Positions 48,570 to 60,300 of a DNA stretch of 64,000 nucleotides are shown one piece after another (the stretch's first letter is position 1; each line of letters starts with the position of its first letter). Under the pieces are notes generated by a model. That model saw nothing but the letters and a program-made list of their open reading frames with translations, searched no databases and was not told the origin of the DNA. Source of the stretch: Guillardia theta CCMP2712 (Eukaryota > Protista > Cryptophyta); assembly GCF_000315625.1 (NCBI RefSeq), contig NW_005434654.1, positions 864,593-928,592 of the forward strand, in the 5' to 3' direction. The translations under genes and the position numbers were made by a program.

Positions 48570-49689
48570 AAGGTGCCAAATTTAAACTGTACTTGCTCAC
48601 CATTGCTACACCCGATTGATCTGGTGGCAACTGAGATCACAGCGAGCTAGCTGTTCTAACTTGAAATATTAAATACTTTTTGATTTTTGCGCTTTATTAC
48701 CCGCGCCCAGTCGGAGCAAAGTGCTGGGATATAACAAGCAAATACGCGGTTTCCTGACAGACAACCTCCATGTCCTCTGCATGTCCTTCCCGCCTGATCT
48801 CTCTGATTCTGTTGAGTTCCATCACCGGCAGGTGATCAAGGTCAGGTCAACCCATCAGCCTCCTGCTGTTCATTTCCTCCATCGGAGTACATTCAATGTT
48901 GCGACCGTCGGGTTCATTGTCTTGTATAAAAGTTTATTGTGCTGTCTTCAGAAATGCGAAAGGAAGAAGACTTTTATTGGAAATTTATAGTAAATGCGAT
49001 CTCCTGCATAGAATTGTATTGAACTATATTGAATCTCATCAGTGTCAGCAATAGTGACACCCTAGGGGCGGAAGATACCTACTCAAAATGCAGTGCGGGA
49101 GGAAAGGTGTAGGGGCGAGAGGAGGACGAGTCGTAGGGGAAGAAAGAAGGAGAAGAAGTTCAACTGAGATGTGACAGCATGGAATGAAGTGTTGTTGTGA
49201 ATGCGATGAAGGTGAAGCATGGACGTGATGCAGAGTAACTTGAACAGAAAGAAGGGGCAAAGAACGTATCTCCATTGGTGACACCCCTGATCCTGATTGT
49301 GAAAACGAACGAAGAATAGCATCAGCCACAAATTCTTGTCATGATCATGGAATTATGCTGGTATGTCATTGATAAGTGTGCATCAGATTACGAGAGGGAT
49401 CAAACTTCGAAGCTAGGAGCCACAAGCTTTGCGAGTCATGTCTAGCTTTATGCTGAGATCGCGTCTTGTCAGCGCGATTTCTTCTTGTCACGGTGAGAGC
49501 TTGTGCTGGTGCCTGTTTAATTGAGTCGCTGTTAGATGTGTTTTCTCAAAGAATAGTTGCAAATAGAAGCCTCTGGTTTGTCCAAAATCGCTCTAAGTCG
49601 ATAGCCTCAAGAAGTGAACTGTCGTTGACGGGTAGTTTCTCCTCCTATCCTTTGCACTGCATCTGATCGAGCTTGATATCTCAACAATT

Positions 49690-50660
49690 CAGGGTCTTTA
49701 GCTGCAAGGGAAACATCCAAACGATGGATGACCACCATAGTAAAGACAGATGTTTCGCATGCCAACTCTTCTACTCTCAGCAAGAAGTCTCTATTGTACG
49801 TTCTTGCCTCGGTGAAATTCGAAGGTGAACGGCGAACGATGATGGCTTAGATTTAATGCAATATCAGATCCAGACATGAATAGGATTGTTCTCCTATGCA
49901 AGCAGTGTCCGCTCACGAAAGAATACAACATCCAGCTGCCTTCAGGTGAATATGGTCTATGAAGCCCACGTTCAAAAACATTCACACTGGCCCAAAGCCC
50001 TTGTCGACGACAAAGAGGACATCCTGAAGAAAAGCTATGAAGTAATGGAGAAGGCTGTAGGAATGAGTTCTCAAGCGTTCAGGTGATGTCCTTCAATTAT
50101 CTCATCGGCAATCAACGTGTTTACAGACCTGGGTCACTTTCGACGACATTCAAGCATCCAGATGGGATTCAAAGTATTCGCTTGCAGACTGTAGATATCG
50201 ACTTGACCCGCTGCAATGAGTAAGCCTTGCCCTCGCCCACATCACGCTACTGACTTCTCTCTTCCTCGCCCTCTCGTGAACCTCCGGTAGATGTTTATCA
50301 GACAGCGTCCTCGAGACCATAGTAGAGCTCTGTCATGTTTGATTTGATTTGTATGACCATTCTCAGGTCCTTGCGCCAGTCAAAAGCTTCCGGGACTCGC
50401 TTGCAGTCCTTGGCAGGGAAGGGAGAAACGTTGACGAGATCCTGCAAAGTAAGGCAATAGAAGCAACTCTTAAGTGAGTGTTGTTACAGGCATGGCATGG
50501 GGAATCGAAACTACCTTGTCAGATAAAAGGGGAACATCGGTGAGTCAATAGTTGCTGAAATTGCAACTTACCTTACATGCAGAACCTTTTCTTCGTGAAA
50601 GCTGTCGCAAATGTTTGGATGCTCCTAACAGTTTCTTATGCGACTATAATCATCTGTATG
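49690..50660 (+). CDS. Possible hypothetical multi-exon gene
   Basis: Short open segments separated by GT-AG introns (e.g. ...WPKALVDDKEDILKKSYEVMEKAVGMSSQAF|RPGSLSTTFKHPDGIQSIRLQTVDIDLTRCN). No recognised domain; limits are guessed. Confidence 0.3.
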
Positions 50661-50841
50661 TGATGTTTGTCAAAGAGTGGTATCTGTTAAAGACGCAATG
50701 ACAGGTCGAGGATTGGGAATCAACGTCAACTTCCGATTGAATATTTTTTGATTCGATTGATTGTATTATAAGTTACAAATACATTGTAAGTGGGGTAATT
50801 TTTATCTCGTGTCAGTCAAGCTTTTGCACACGCACTCATGT

Positions 50842-51366
50842 TCAGTTCTTTGGGCCCTTCTTCTTTCCCTTCTTTCCCTTTGCCTCTTCCTGGGGCTCAG
50901 CCGCAAGCTTTGATGAAGCCATCAGGGTCTCAAGCTCTGGAACTTCCTCCTGCTTCACTTCATGCGCGGGCTCGTTGTCGATGATTTCTTGAGCAGCAGC
51001 TGGAGCGGAGACGGTGAAATTTCCAGGGTAGAAGAAGGTTCCGCCATTGTAGTGGTAGACAAGACCATCCTTTGTCACCTCGATGGACATGGGCTTGTTG
51101 TTGTCAGTAGCCTTGGGAGCCTCCTTCTCTGGCTGCTTGGGTGCCTCCTCCTTCGGAGCCTTCTCAGCCTCCTTCTTGCCCTTGCCAGCCTTGGGCTTCT
51201 GCTCCTTGATTTCCTCCTTCTGCTCCTTGACGTTAGTGACGTTGGCAAGAGCAGTCTTGGGAGCCTTGGTGGTCTTCTTTGCCACGATCTCCTTGACCTG
51301 CTCGACTTGCTCGACCTGCTCGGTCACAACGTTGGCGCTCTTGCGGGCTCTGCTGGTTGCTGGCAT
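50842..51366 (-). CDS. Small Lys/Glu/Ala-rich protein (174 aa), single exon
   Basis: ATG at 51366 (MPATSRARKS...). Strongly biased codons (aag, gag). Charged disordered arms flank a short beta-like core (MSIEVTKDGLVYHYNGGTFFYPGNF), with a basic C-terminus. Confidence 0.75.
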   Translation of the reverse strand: MPATSRARKSANVVTEQVEQVEQVKEIVAKKTTKAPKTALANVTNVKEQKEEIKEQKPKAGKGKKEAEKAPKEEAPKQPEKEAPKATDNNKPMSIEVTKDGLVYHYNGGTFFYPGNFTVSAPAAAQEIIDNEPAHEVKQEEVPELETLMASSKLAAEPQEEAKGKKGKKKGPKN

Positions 51367-51474
51367 CGTATCTTTCTTGGAGAAGTGACTTGTTTCACAA
51401 AGTGTGCGGACGAAGCTGGGAGAGCTTGTTGGACGCAACGGTGCTGCTCCTCCCTATAAAAAGAGCAGCGGGAA

Positions 51475-51476
<2 letters not shown>

Positions 51477-51505
<29 letters not shown>
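51477..51505. repeat. Poly-G tract (29 nt)
   Basis: Uninterrupted G run about 110 bp upstream of the minus-strand ATG at 51366. Confidence 0.95.
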
Positions 51506-52179
51506 TGGAGTTGCCAGGGGAAAAGAGACCGTTGAGGCAAAGAATTTCAAAATCGAGAATGCCGTTTCTGTCCACTACCCCTGCCCTTCACAACCAAGGG
51601 ATGGTTAATGGTATGGTGGGGTGGATTTCCAGTTGTGCGGCCAAGCGGCCAAGGCCCCCGGGGGCAGGTGGAGTGGTCCGGCGGTCTCAAAAAGCTCGAG
51701 ACTCCAACATCCAGCGGAGGTAGAGCCTCTCACCTTTATCGTCCTTTGTTAACACCGCACTTAGGAAAAGCGATCCCTTTAACCCACGCGATGACGAGGC
51801 TCCATCGCATTTCATCGTTGGCAACTTGCCAAGTTGGCCTTGAAGTAACTAAAAAATAATACTCGGAGCCTCCGTCACCCAGCCTCTGGCCGGGCAGTAG
51901 CGCACCGGTTCCGAACTGGAAACGGTGACCGGCGGACATGTGGGCACGATCCGGGCCGGGCGGCGGGGCCGGTGACAAAAAGCAGCGCCGTGCCAGCCTA
52001 TAAATGCAGTGGCAACTTGAAGATGGCGTAGGATTGGGCAGAAAAGATGAAACACTGAATGAGAAAGATGGACGAGATTGGAGGAGGAAGATTAGAGATG
52101 ATTCACCTCTGATTATGCTCCTCATACCCTGATGGCTGCAGGTGGCTGAGTGTCCGAATCACTCTTTGGGCGGAACGAG

Positions 52180-53579
52180 ATGATGAATCCTTTTCTTCGC
52201 ATGCTCCCAAGAATGATGGCAAGTTCCTCTCTTGGAAGCCAACCATTCAACTCAACAAGGAAATTCAGAATGCAATCAAGCTTTCAATGCTTGACATGTT
52301 GCTCGTGCAGAAGGAATGCCAAGCGTTTTGTATTAGGCTGCACCGCTGCGATGATAGGTATCGAGCATTGCAGTGTTAAAGTTATAGCTCACTCAACCTT
52401 CTCAGGAGCTGCTGGATTCCAATACAGTGTAAACAATCTAAAAGCGGCATGTGAGCAAAAGACAACGCCAAAAGCAGGTAAGATTTCCTCTTTCGAACCT
52501 TCCTCAATTTGGTGAATCGGCTACTTGAGCAAGCAAAACTTGCGATTTTTTGTGCACTATTGTCGCCGTCTGATTTCGAAATCGTCTAATTGTTGCATAG
52601 AAAATGAGCTTGTCGACATAAGCAATCTCCAAAAGTACAACAGGAACTGGGATGGGAGGTAGTCGATGTTTCAATATGAGATCGTTGTCTCACTCCCTGT
52701 AGGCATCCGAAGGAAGGGCAGCAGAAACCAAAGGCAATTCGATACATCATTCTTGTTCGGTAATGAAATCAAACACAACTATGACATCATTGTTGACATT
52801 CTTTGCAGTCATGGTCAATACAAGGACAACGAATCGAAGGATATCAATGCAGTTTTGACATTGAAGGGCAGGCAGCAGGCTCGAATCCTAGCTCAGAAAA
52901 TCATAGATACGTTCAAACCAACCTCACTTACAGTGAGTGATATGACCAGAGCGAAACAAACCATGGAAATTCTGTTGGAGAAGCTGCCCAAGGATATTCC
53001 CTTGACAACGATGAAGGAGCTGAGAGAGGGTCGCCCCTGCCAGCCGATACCACCTTCCTCTTCTGGATTGTTCCAGAAGTCTACGGTAGGTTTTCTACAG
53101 CACAATGGCGAATGACTCGCTCTTGGGCTCAATGGGCATCTGCAGGTCGAGGCGGATGGAGCTCGAATTGACAAGGCCTTCAACCAAATCTTTTACAGGG
53201 CTCCGGTAGAACAGGTCCCTCGAGCACCTCGGCTGTTAGAGTTGCAAGGTTTGACGGGCTTCCAGGAGCACCATTCCTATGAGGTTGTTGTGTGCCATGC
53301 CAACGTCATTCGCTACTTTGTATGCAAAGCCCTTCAAATTCCAACTGAGGTGATCTTTGGACGTGTGGTGACACGAATGATTTGGAGTCAGGCATGGCTG
53401 CGGATGAGTCTGCCGCATTGTTCGATTACGGTAGAGGTGATGAACAACGTTACAATTACATGACGTGTGCTGCGGCAGATGATTGCCATTCATCCGTCTG
53501 GTTCAGTGTCGTTAAGAACCCTTGGAAACACACATTACCTGCCACCTTCTCTGATTACTACCTCATGAGCTGGATTTGA
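52180..53579 (+). CDS. PGAM5: PGAM5-like histidine-phosphatase-family Ser/Thr protein phosphatase, multi-exon
   Basis: NWDGR, KAIRYIILVR|HGQY (RHG split by an intron), LTLKGRQQA, SDMTRAKQT, LREG.P..P.PP, DGARIDKAF, EVVVCHANVIRYFVCKALQIP.EAWLRMSLPHCSIT; N-terminus resembles an organellar targeting peptide. Confidence 0.92.
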
Positions 53580-53734
53580 TTTCACATGATGATTGCAAGG
53601 GTTCTCAGCGAAGATGGGATGGCAGTGGAGCAAAACACTTGTGAACCTCACAGATCGTTTATAAATTTACAACCTTCAATAAATCGCTTGCAGTATTCAC
53701 CTTAATAACCCTGAAAGCATTGTCAACGTATCTA

Positions 53735-54683
53735 TCAGACAAATGTATCACTCACAGTGTAGTAAGGCGTTTGGGTGTAGGTTGCCGGGGGAGCCATGCT
53801 CATCATCATGGGTTGGGCAGAGTACATCTGCTCATATCCGACCTGCTGCTCTGGGACAACATAGGAGACAGGAGCAGCAGAGGTGGTAACGTACTGCACG
53901 GGCTGCTGGTACACCGGCATGGGCATGGGAGCAGGAGCAGGCTGAACAATAGGAGGCTGGGGCTGAGTCTTGCCGGTGAAGAGCCACTTGCCATCGACGT
54001 ACTCCCATCTGCAGTTTCGTAATTAGCTCAAACAATCAAACTTAGTACAACAATCTTTACCCCGGGGTGTTCTCAAGCTCGCTCTTCTGACCAGGCTTGG
54101 GGACTGGAGCATATCCAGCAAACTTGAAGCCAGGAGGAGCATTGAGCTCGGGATCATCGTTCTTCTTGCCTGCTGGCGCTGGCGCAGCCCGTGCAGGGGC
54201 CTGCTGGGGCTGGGGCTGGCCCATAGGCATCATCTGCTGGGGCATCATCTGCTGGGGCTGGGGCATCGGCTGCATGTCATACTGCTGGGGCATGACATAC
54301 TGCTGGGGCATGTATGCAGTTTGCTCCTGCGAACAGAACAATTCAGCTCAATGGTGAGATAAAAGGTTTGGAATGAACGATACATCCACTTTAAAAGAGC
54401 AGTAGATCGTGCAGAGAGACTGAACTCAACGATTTCGAAACAAATTTCTGAGCGCAGGAAGAGGGAGGAAGGGAGAAGGGGGGGAAGCGGAGGGAGAGGC
54501 GGAGAGGGAGATTTGAAATATGCATATCACGACAAGGAAGCAGAGAAAATCGTATTTCATCACAATTCTCACCGGGAAGGTAGGCATGCCCATAGGAACT
54601 TGCGACATGACAGGGTAAGGAGCTGGGGTTCCCGAGATGGGAAGGCCGGCAGGCGCGGCATAGGAAGCGTATGGGTAGCTCAT
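53735..54683 (-). CDS. Pro/Gln/Met/Tyr-rich low-complexity protein, at least 3 exons
   Basis: MSYPYASYAAPAG...|EQTAYMPQQYVMPQQY...ELNAPPGFKFAGYAP...|WEYVDGKWLFTG...TQTPYYT, with consistent composition across GT-AG-separated exons. The last codons are uncertain. Confidence 0.75.
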
Positions 54684-56029
54684 GGCGGCGCGGGAGGGGT
54701 TGCGGCGGCCAGACCCTGGGAGGATACTAGAAGAACCCCCAGTAGTACCTACCGTCACTACCGGTGAACTTCCCCTTTTACCCACCCTCTCCCCATACCG
54801 TGTTATCTGTACTTCCATCTGTACCTTCAAGTGAAATATATAATATTAGTCATGGAAGACAAGTAATATATTCAGATACCACCCCCTCTATGGGGTTAGA
54901 CGAGTGCCGCCCCCTGAGAGACGCGTGGAGTCACGCCCAAGTCTCAGACCTACCCCACCTATTTCCAATTGGTCGCTCATTCCTACCACCCTTGTTGAAT
55001 GTACCCTACCCCAGGGAAAGAGAAGCAATAACGGAGGCGCATATTGTGTACCCCACTCAATATAGAGTGTTTTCAATTATAGATCCACTTAGTAAATGTA
55101 CTGCCTTATCGCAAACAAAGCATTTTAGATCTTAGAGAGTCTCTCTTATATACCCCTACCCCCAATTAGTAGCGTGTTTCGTTTTAGGCTATCACCCTAC
55201 CCGTGTCCAAAGGGTAGAAATGCCTTGATCAGCCTCTCCACCCCCCACATGCAAAGAGAACGTTACAAGATGTGGTACATCGTCCCTCGTACCATGTTGT
55301 CAGTACCATATTTATTTGAAAGTTCACAAAATTTGTATTGTAAAATTACATTTTCTTGGTATAATCGTCTTACCTGCCAAACTTCGTGGTAATCAAGCTT
55401 ATAAGTTCTCAGATCAGCTCCGACCTTATGTACTGCAACGGTACTTTTTCTTCAACTTCTGGTACTGAATGTGATCAAGTTGGTACTGGATTTATTACCA
55501 GTGTTTCGTCATAAACCGGTAGTACTGCCCCTCATCCCTTTATGGGCAAGTCCTTTTTCACGCCCGGTAGATTGAATTAGTAGTTTTTTTCTCTAAATTT
55601 TGAAATTGGATGAGCTACATTTTCAGCCTGTTAGGGTCATTATGTTGTAACTGACTTACGTCTCGCTCAGAGTCACGGTCAGCATGATGTAGTCACTTCC
55701 CCGGGACTTCGGACTGCCGGGGCGTCGGCCCGTCCGATCGGATCATCGAGTCGTTTGGGACGGTTGAAAGGAGTTACAGGCTGACCGTTACACAAACCCA
55801 TCAAAACCAGGCGGGCCTACTGTGGAATGAGGGCCAGCCCGGCCAACGTGGGATGCATATACATGATGGTGCTTACCACCAAGGTGTTGAGAGTGGATAG
55901 GTAGTCGAGACGTGTAAGCGAAACAACGACAGGAACACCACAAGATGTTCATGTGAAGTGCGACAGAGCTTTCAAACAGAACCATACAGGTTCTATGGAA
56001 TGGAGTGAAAGCTGCAGTCAGAGCCTACG

Positions 56030-59000
56030 ATGAACAAAACACAAGATGAGGAGCTGAGCGAAAGTAGCGCCAGTGATGAGGAGTCGCAGGATGAAGAACC
56101 TGGTCGTGATCGTGGAAACCGTCTTGCTGACATAACGGGAGAAGATTTCAATTTTACTTGGTCCTCAGATCATGTTTTGTTGTGCGCACTCATCTCATTT
56201 TACGGCAAGTGCTCGCTTCACCCTGCAGAGCCTGAGAGTTGGATTCGATCGACACCACTTCAAGTGCTCATCTTTGAATGCATATCGTCTGGGGTGCTTG
56301 ATTTCGACTATGCTCCTGTTTTAACGTATGTGTCGCATCGAGGGACTAGTAAGCGGATATGGTTGAACCTGAGCCAGGAAGCTCAATCTGCGTTGGATGA
56401 CTTGCAGGAGAACAATGTCATCCGCGTTCTGAAGATGTATACTGAGGACCATAAGCCCTCGAGCTGTTTTCAGGTTTCGCCCATAGGAATACGGATGCTC
56501 AAAAATGTTCCAGCATCGCTTTTTGATGAGCTTAAACATGTCGTCTACGTGCCTGATAAACAGAACAGCTTCAAAGACAAGTTACAAATTGAATGGAGAG
56601 CTGAAGTTGGCAAATTTGCACTTAATTCCTTGAAGACTGGATTTTCCAGATATTCTGCCATCACCGACATTGAAGATGTATCCTACGTCTCAAGTCCATT
56701 TATTCCCAATTATCTGAGACGAAGCAAAGAACCCTTGACATCGAATCTGAATCGTGCCGTGGAAGCTTTCAGAGGCAAGACTAATATCATGGATGCAGAC
56801 TTGATGGAAGCAATCAGCTTGGGAAACGTGCGCATCACTTTGCAAGAATGGATTCCTTTCGGAGAAAACTCCTTGACTTACATCTCAACCAACATTGGTG
56901 TTAAAGATAGATGCCAATTTGCTCGATTTAGCTCTCAGAAGCTTACAGATTTCACAGGGAATAACATGTCAACAGACACTGGTCTCACAGATGTGAAGAT
57001 CCTGGATTTCTCTGAACAGAAATTCTTAAACGTTGAGGCTGAAATCAAGTACCCTGAAGAAGAAGGGATCGTGCAAGTCGAGTTCTTCGGTATCCATGTG
57101 TCTGCACGAGGACACATTCTGTTTGGGTTGGAAATTGAATCGATCATGACACGGATGAAAGATGACATTTCCATTGATCTCTTGAGCAGAACCATTGTAG
57201 ACATCATGCAAGATTCTTCCACAATCATTGAGAGCATCTTGACTGAGAATCAGAAGGACCTCCTGTTCTCACTCTTTCAACAAAGTCTTCACCTTCGGCC
57301 CAAGTACAACTGCTTCTTGGCACAAAAGATAGACCCCCTCTTCCTCTCATTTTCTCAATACATGGACGGAGGAGACCATGAAAATGAAATCGCACAATTG
57401 ATCGGCAGCGTACGCTCTGGGCATGACCTTGCCAAGCAACATTTTCTTTTCGTTGGCAGCACTGGAATTCTCCTTGTTGGGGAACAGGCCCACGAGTATG
57501 ACTCGTTTCTTGTGCCTTACTGTAGTCTGCAATCCTTACAGCTCATAACAGGAGTATTGTTCGAATGCTTCAACCACTTGAATTCTCTTATCGACGAAGG
57601 CCTGAGGCTGCTGCAGGAGCTTGAATCCAACCCTTATAATGTCGCGAGGATACAGTTTGTGATGACGCACTCGTTCAAGGAACTGCACAAGTTGGATCTC
57701 GTGCTTAAGCACATCTCAGATTCCATCAAGGAGGCCGCCATGCCACCAGAACCTCGCAATGACATCGGATACAAGTTGCTCGCAGTCTTGAAATGTCGCA
57801 AAACTCAGAGAATACTCAATGCTCGCCTAATTGCTCTCAGGAATTCCTTCGAAGAGGCCATCAAGAAGATCCGTTTTATTGAAAGGAGGATAACATCAGT
57901 CAACCGAAATAGACTTGTCAAACACGTGAAGAGCTCTTCATCCAATTTTGAAAGGATCATAATCAACTCTGTGACATTCTTCAACAACGCCAATGTCATG
58001 TGGGCAGTGAAATTGTTATTCGTTGTCATACTGTTTAGCAAACTTGCAAGCAAGTTTCGAATTGGGTCATCGTATTGCAAGGTTGTGCCAATGGCGAAAA
58101 ATTTCACAAACCTTGTGGCAGGATCAGTGCAGTACACCTTCATCGACCCTCCTAACCAGACGTACTCGGAGGACTGTCCCTGGATCAATCCCGTCCAGTT
58201 GAAGCTGAATGAATATCCTTTCGGCTTCGGGGCAGCCTTTGTGATAGCGTCCCTGCTTGTGGCCTTGACGGTGAATTCAATAAGTTTCCACTATTTCAAG
58301 TACTTCAAGAGAAGGTTTGCGAACGGGTTGAAGGGATGGAGGGTCGGATTTCAAGACGTCAAGGCAAGCAGGACAGCTTATCGAGTAGAAGCTAACGTGC
58401 CGATCAGTCAAGAGGCTCTAGTTCGATACCTCAAGGGCAAGGTGATGCTTAAAAGCTCTATGCGGCAAGTGGACCACCAGATAGAAGCAAAGAGCAACAT
58501 GAAAGAGTATGAATGGCAAGAGAGCAGAAGGTTCATCTTCAAGCAAAAGACCATCGACGTCTTGTTTCGACTGGATACAACCTTGTCAAAACTCATGACA
58601 GTGATGATCACGTGCGACAAGAGAGTGGGTTACGGGTACATCGAGAAGCAGTGGAACCAGCTGAGAAAGACGATGATCGCACGAGGAGTGCTGATAGACT
58701 CCGATGACATCCGATCAGCTCGTCTCACATCGACCACTAGGGATAAGACGATCAAGAGCATGGGAAACACGCAGGGAAGGCAGGTAGCAAGGAAGTGGAA
58801 GAAGGAAAAAGCCGAAGATAACGCCAAGAAAAGAAGACAAAGGAAGTCAAGAGCTGAAACTCGAGCGATCAGAGATCGGATAGTCCGTAGGTTGGATGAA
58901 AACTCAAAGTCGTCAATCAGGGAAATCCAATCAATAGCTGCAGAAGAGGTTGTCTTGGAGCCCAAGGAGATGAACATTGAGGAAATGAAGCTCAAGAATG

Positions 59001-59098
59001 TCAAGTTTGACTTCATGGAAGGTCAATCACATTCTTTTCCTCTCGACGAGGCGATCGAGATCGAGAGCGAGGATGAGAGCGAGGAAGACAAGCAGTAA
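56030..59098 (+). CDS. Intronless 1022-aa hypothetical membrane protein (globular N-terminus, helical bundle, two TM helices, charged tail)
   Basis: Uninterrupted 3,069-bp ATG-initiated ORF. Hydrophobic segments VMWAVKLLFVVILFSKLA and FGFGAAFVIASLLVALTVNSISF follow a long amphipathic helical region. Confidence 0.85.
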   Translation: MNKTQDEELSESSASDEESQDEEPGRDRGNRLADITGEDFNFTWSSDHVLLCALISFYGKCSLHPAEPESWIRSTPLQVLIFECISSGVLDFDYAPVLTYVSHRGTSKRIWLNLSQEAQSALDDLQENNVIRVLKMYTEDHKPSSCFQVSPIGIRMLKNVPASLFDELKHVVYVPDKQNSFKDKLQIEWRAEVGKFALNSLKTGFSRYSAITDIEDVSYVSSPFIPNYLRRSKEPLTSNLNRAVEAFRGKTNIMDADLMEAISLGNVRITLQEWIPFGENSLTYISTNIGVKDRCQFARFSSQKLTDFTGNNMSTDTGLTDVKILDFSEQKFLNVEAEIKYPEEEGIVQVEFFGIHVSARGHILFGLEIESIMTRMKDDISIDLLSRTIVDIMQDSSTIIESILTENQKDLLFSLFQQSLHLRPKYNCFLAQKIDPLFLSFSQYMDGGDHENEIAQLIGSVRSGHDLAKQHFLFVGSTGILLVGEQAHEYDSFLVPYCSLQSLQLITGVLFECFNHLNSLIDEGLRLLQELESNPYNVARIQFVMTHSFKELHKLDLVLKHISDSIKEAAMPPEPRNDIGYKLLAVLKCRKTQRILNARLIALRNSFEEAIKKIRFIERRITSVNRNRLVKHVKSSSSNFERIIINSVTFFNNANVMWAVKLLFVVILFSKLASKFRIGSSYCKVVPMAKNFTNLVAGSVQYTFIDPPNQTYSEDCPWINPVQLKLNEYPFGFGAAFVIASLLVALTVNSISFHYFKYFKRRFANGLKGWRVGFQDVKASRTAYRVEANVPISQEALVRYLKGKVMLKSSMRQVDHQIEAKSNMKEYEWQESRRFIFKQKTIDVLFRLDTTLSKLMTVMITCDKRVGYGYIEKQWNQLRKTMIARGVLIDSDDIRSARLTSTTRDKTIKSMGNTQGRQVARKWKKEKAEDNAKKRRQRKSRAETRAIRDRIVRRLDENSKSSIREIQSIAAEEVVLEPKEMNIEEMKLKNVKFDFMEGQSHSFPLDEAIEIESEDESEEDKQ

Positions 59099-59287
59099 GC
59101 ATGACTGCTACCAATTAAACCTGTTGTACACTTGTTTGTGCCCCTCTTTTCTTTCGTCGCCACTCATCTCTGTCATGGCAATCATGCCATGCTCTGTAAT
59201 GACATGGTGAGCATCGGCTCGCCTCTTCTGCTCTCAAATGCTTTCCCTCTCGTCTTGTCGTTACCCAGTCCAACTGGGTCCTGATGC

Positions 59288-59358
59288 CCTCCCACCCTCC
59301 CTCCCTCCCTCCCTCCCTCCCTCCCTCCCTCCCTCCCTCCCTCTATCCATCCATCCAT
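59288..59358. repeat. (CCCT)n followed by (CCAT)n microsatellite
   Basis: Direct reading of the sequence. Confidence 0.9.
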
Positions 59359-59399
59359 GCTGTTGCGCACTATCCTCCACTTGTCAGTCCCAGGCTTGC

Positions 59400-60300
59400 T
59401 CAGTCAGTTCCCTGCATGTCTGGATCTTCCCCGCGGCTTGCCGCGTGACTGCTCACAGCCGGTAGTGCGGTCACGTTCAGCTCAGCCCGGCCGCTCCGCC
59501 GCTCCCGAGTCCGCCGATCATGCGGCAGTGACGGTTGATGAAGGCTGCCATGATGCCATTCCGACAAGTCTGCCGGGAGCCTGGGCTCAGCTGCCGCCAT
59601 GACTCCCAGATGGGCAGCGGCACGATCGGATGATTCGCCGACAAGTTCATCGGCGACTCTGAGATTGCGGCCGCTGATCGTACCGTCAGGCCGCTGTACG
59701 GTCAGTGTCACAAGGCTCAGTGTGAATCGTCCCGGAGTCACGGGCCGATCCGACCTCAGCCGCCGGCCGGTCACTGTCAGGCTGGAGTCCCGGCGCCGGC
59801 GGCCGCCGAAGTACTGGCAATTTTCCATCAGCAACTTCAAGTTGCCAGTCGGCGGGGGCCGCCGCCGGGCCCGATCGTCGGACGGTGACCGCCGTTCATT
59901 GGCGGCGGGGCCATGTGACAGTGCCCGGTGACCGGCGTTACCGCCGCCGCGGCAACGTAGCCTTGAAGTTCTGAGTACGTGAGCCTGCGAAGAGGAGGCC
60001 TTCCTAGCCCGGGCCGTCACTCATCCTAGCAAACTCGGAGTCCTGAGCAAACTTGAACTGTCTGTCTTGTTGCAGCTAAGACGGTCGATAAGATCACGGT
60101 ACGGCCTGCATTACTTTGGCATCAGAGAACAAGCCTTCAGTGAACGCGGCCGGGTAAAACTTCCGAAGTTCGGATCAGCGGATCTTCTCGGAAACGTGAC
60201 CGTCGTGACTATGACTCGCCCCGGTGGCAAACCAGGCTCCTGTGAGTCGGAGGCTCAGTCACTGTGACGGGCCGGGCCGGGCGCCGCCGGCCGCGGCCCG
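59400..60300. repeat. GC-rich patchwork of short palindromic words (CCGG, GGCC, GTCAC/GTGAC, CCGATCGG), probable dispersed non-coding repeat
   Basis: High density of ccggccg, gtcacgg and tcagtc words; the same vocabulary recurs in several other intergenic spots; overlapping ORFs are Arg/Pro-rich and not protein-like. Confidence 0.45.

Noticed and set aside
59400-60020. 206-aa Arg-rich ORF
   Set aside because: Composition reflects stop-poor GC-rich repeat DNA; no domain or codon-bias support.
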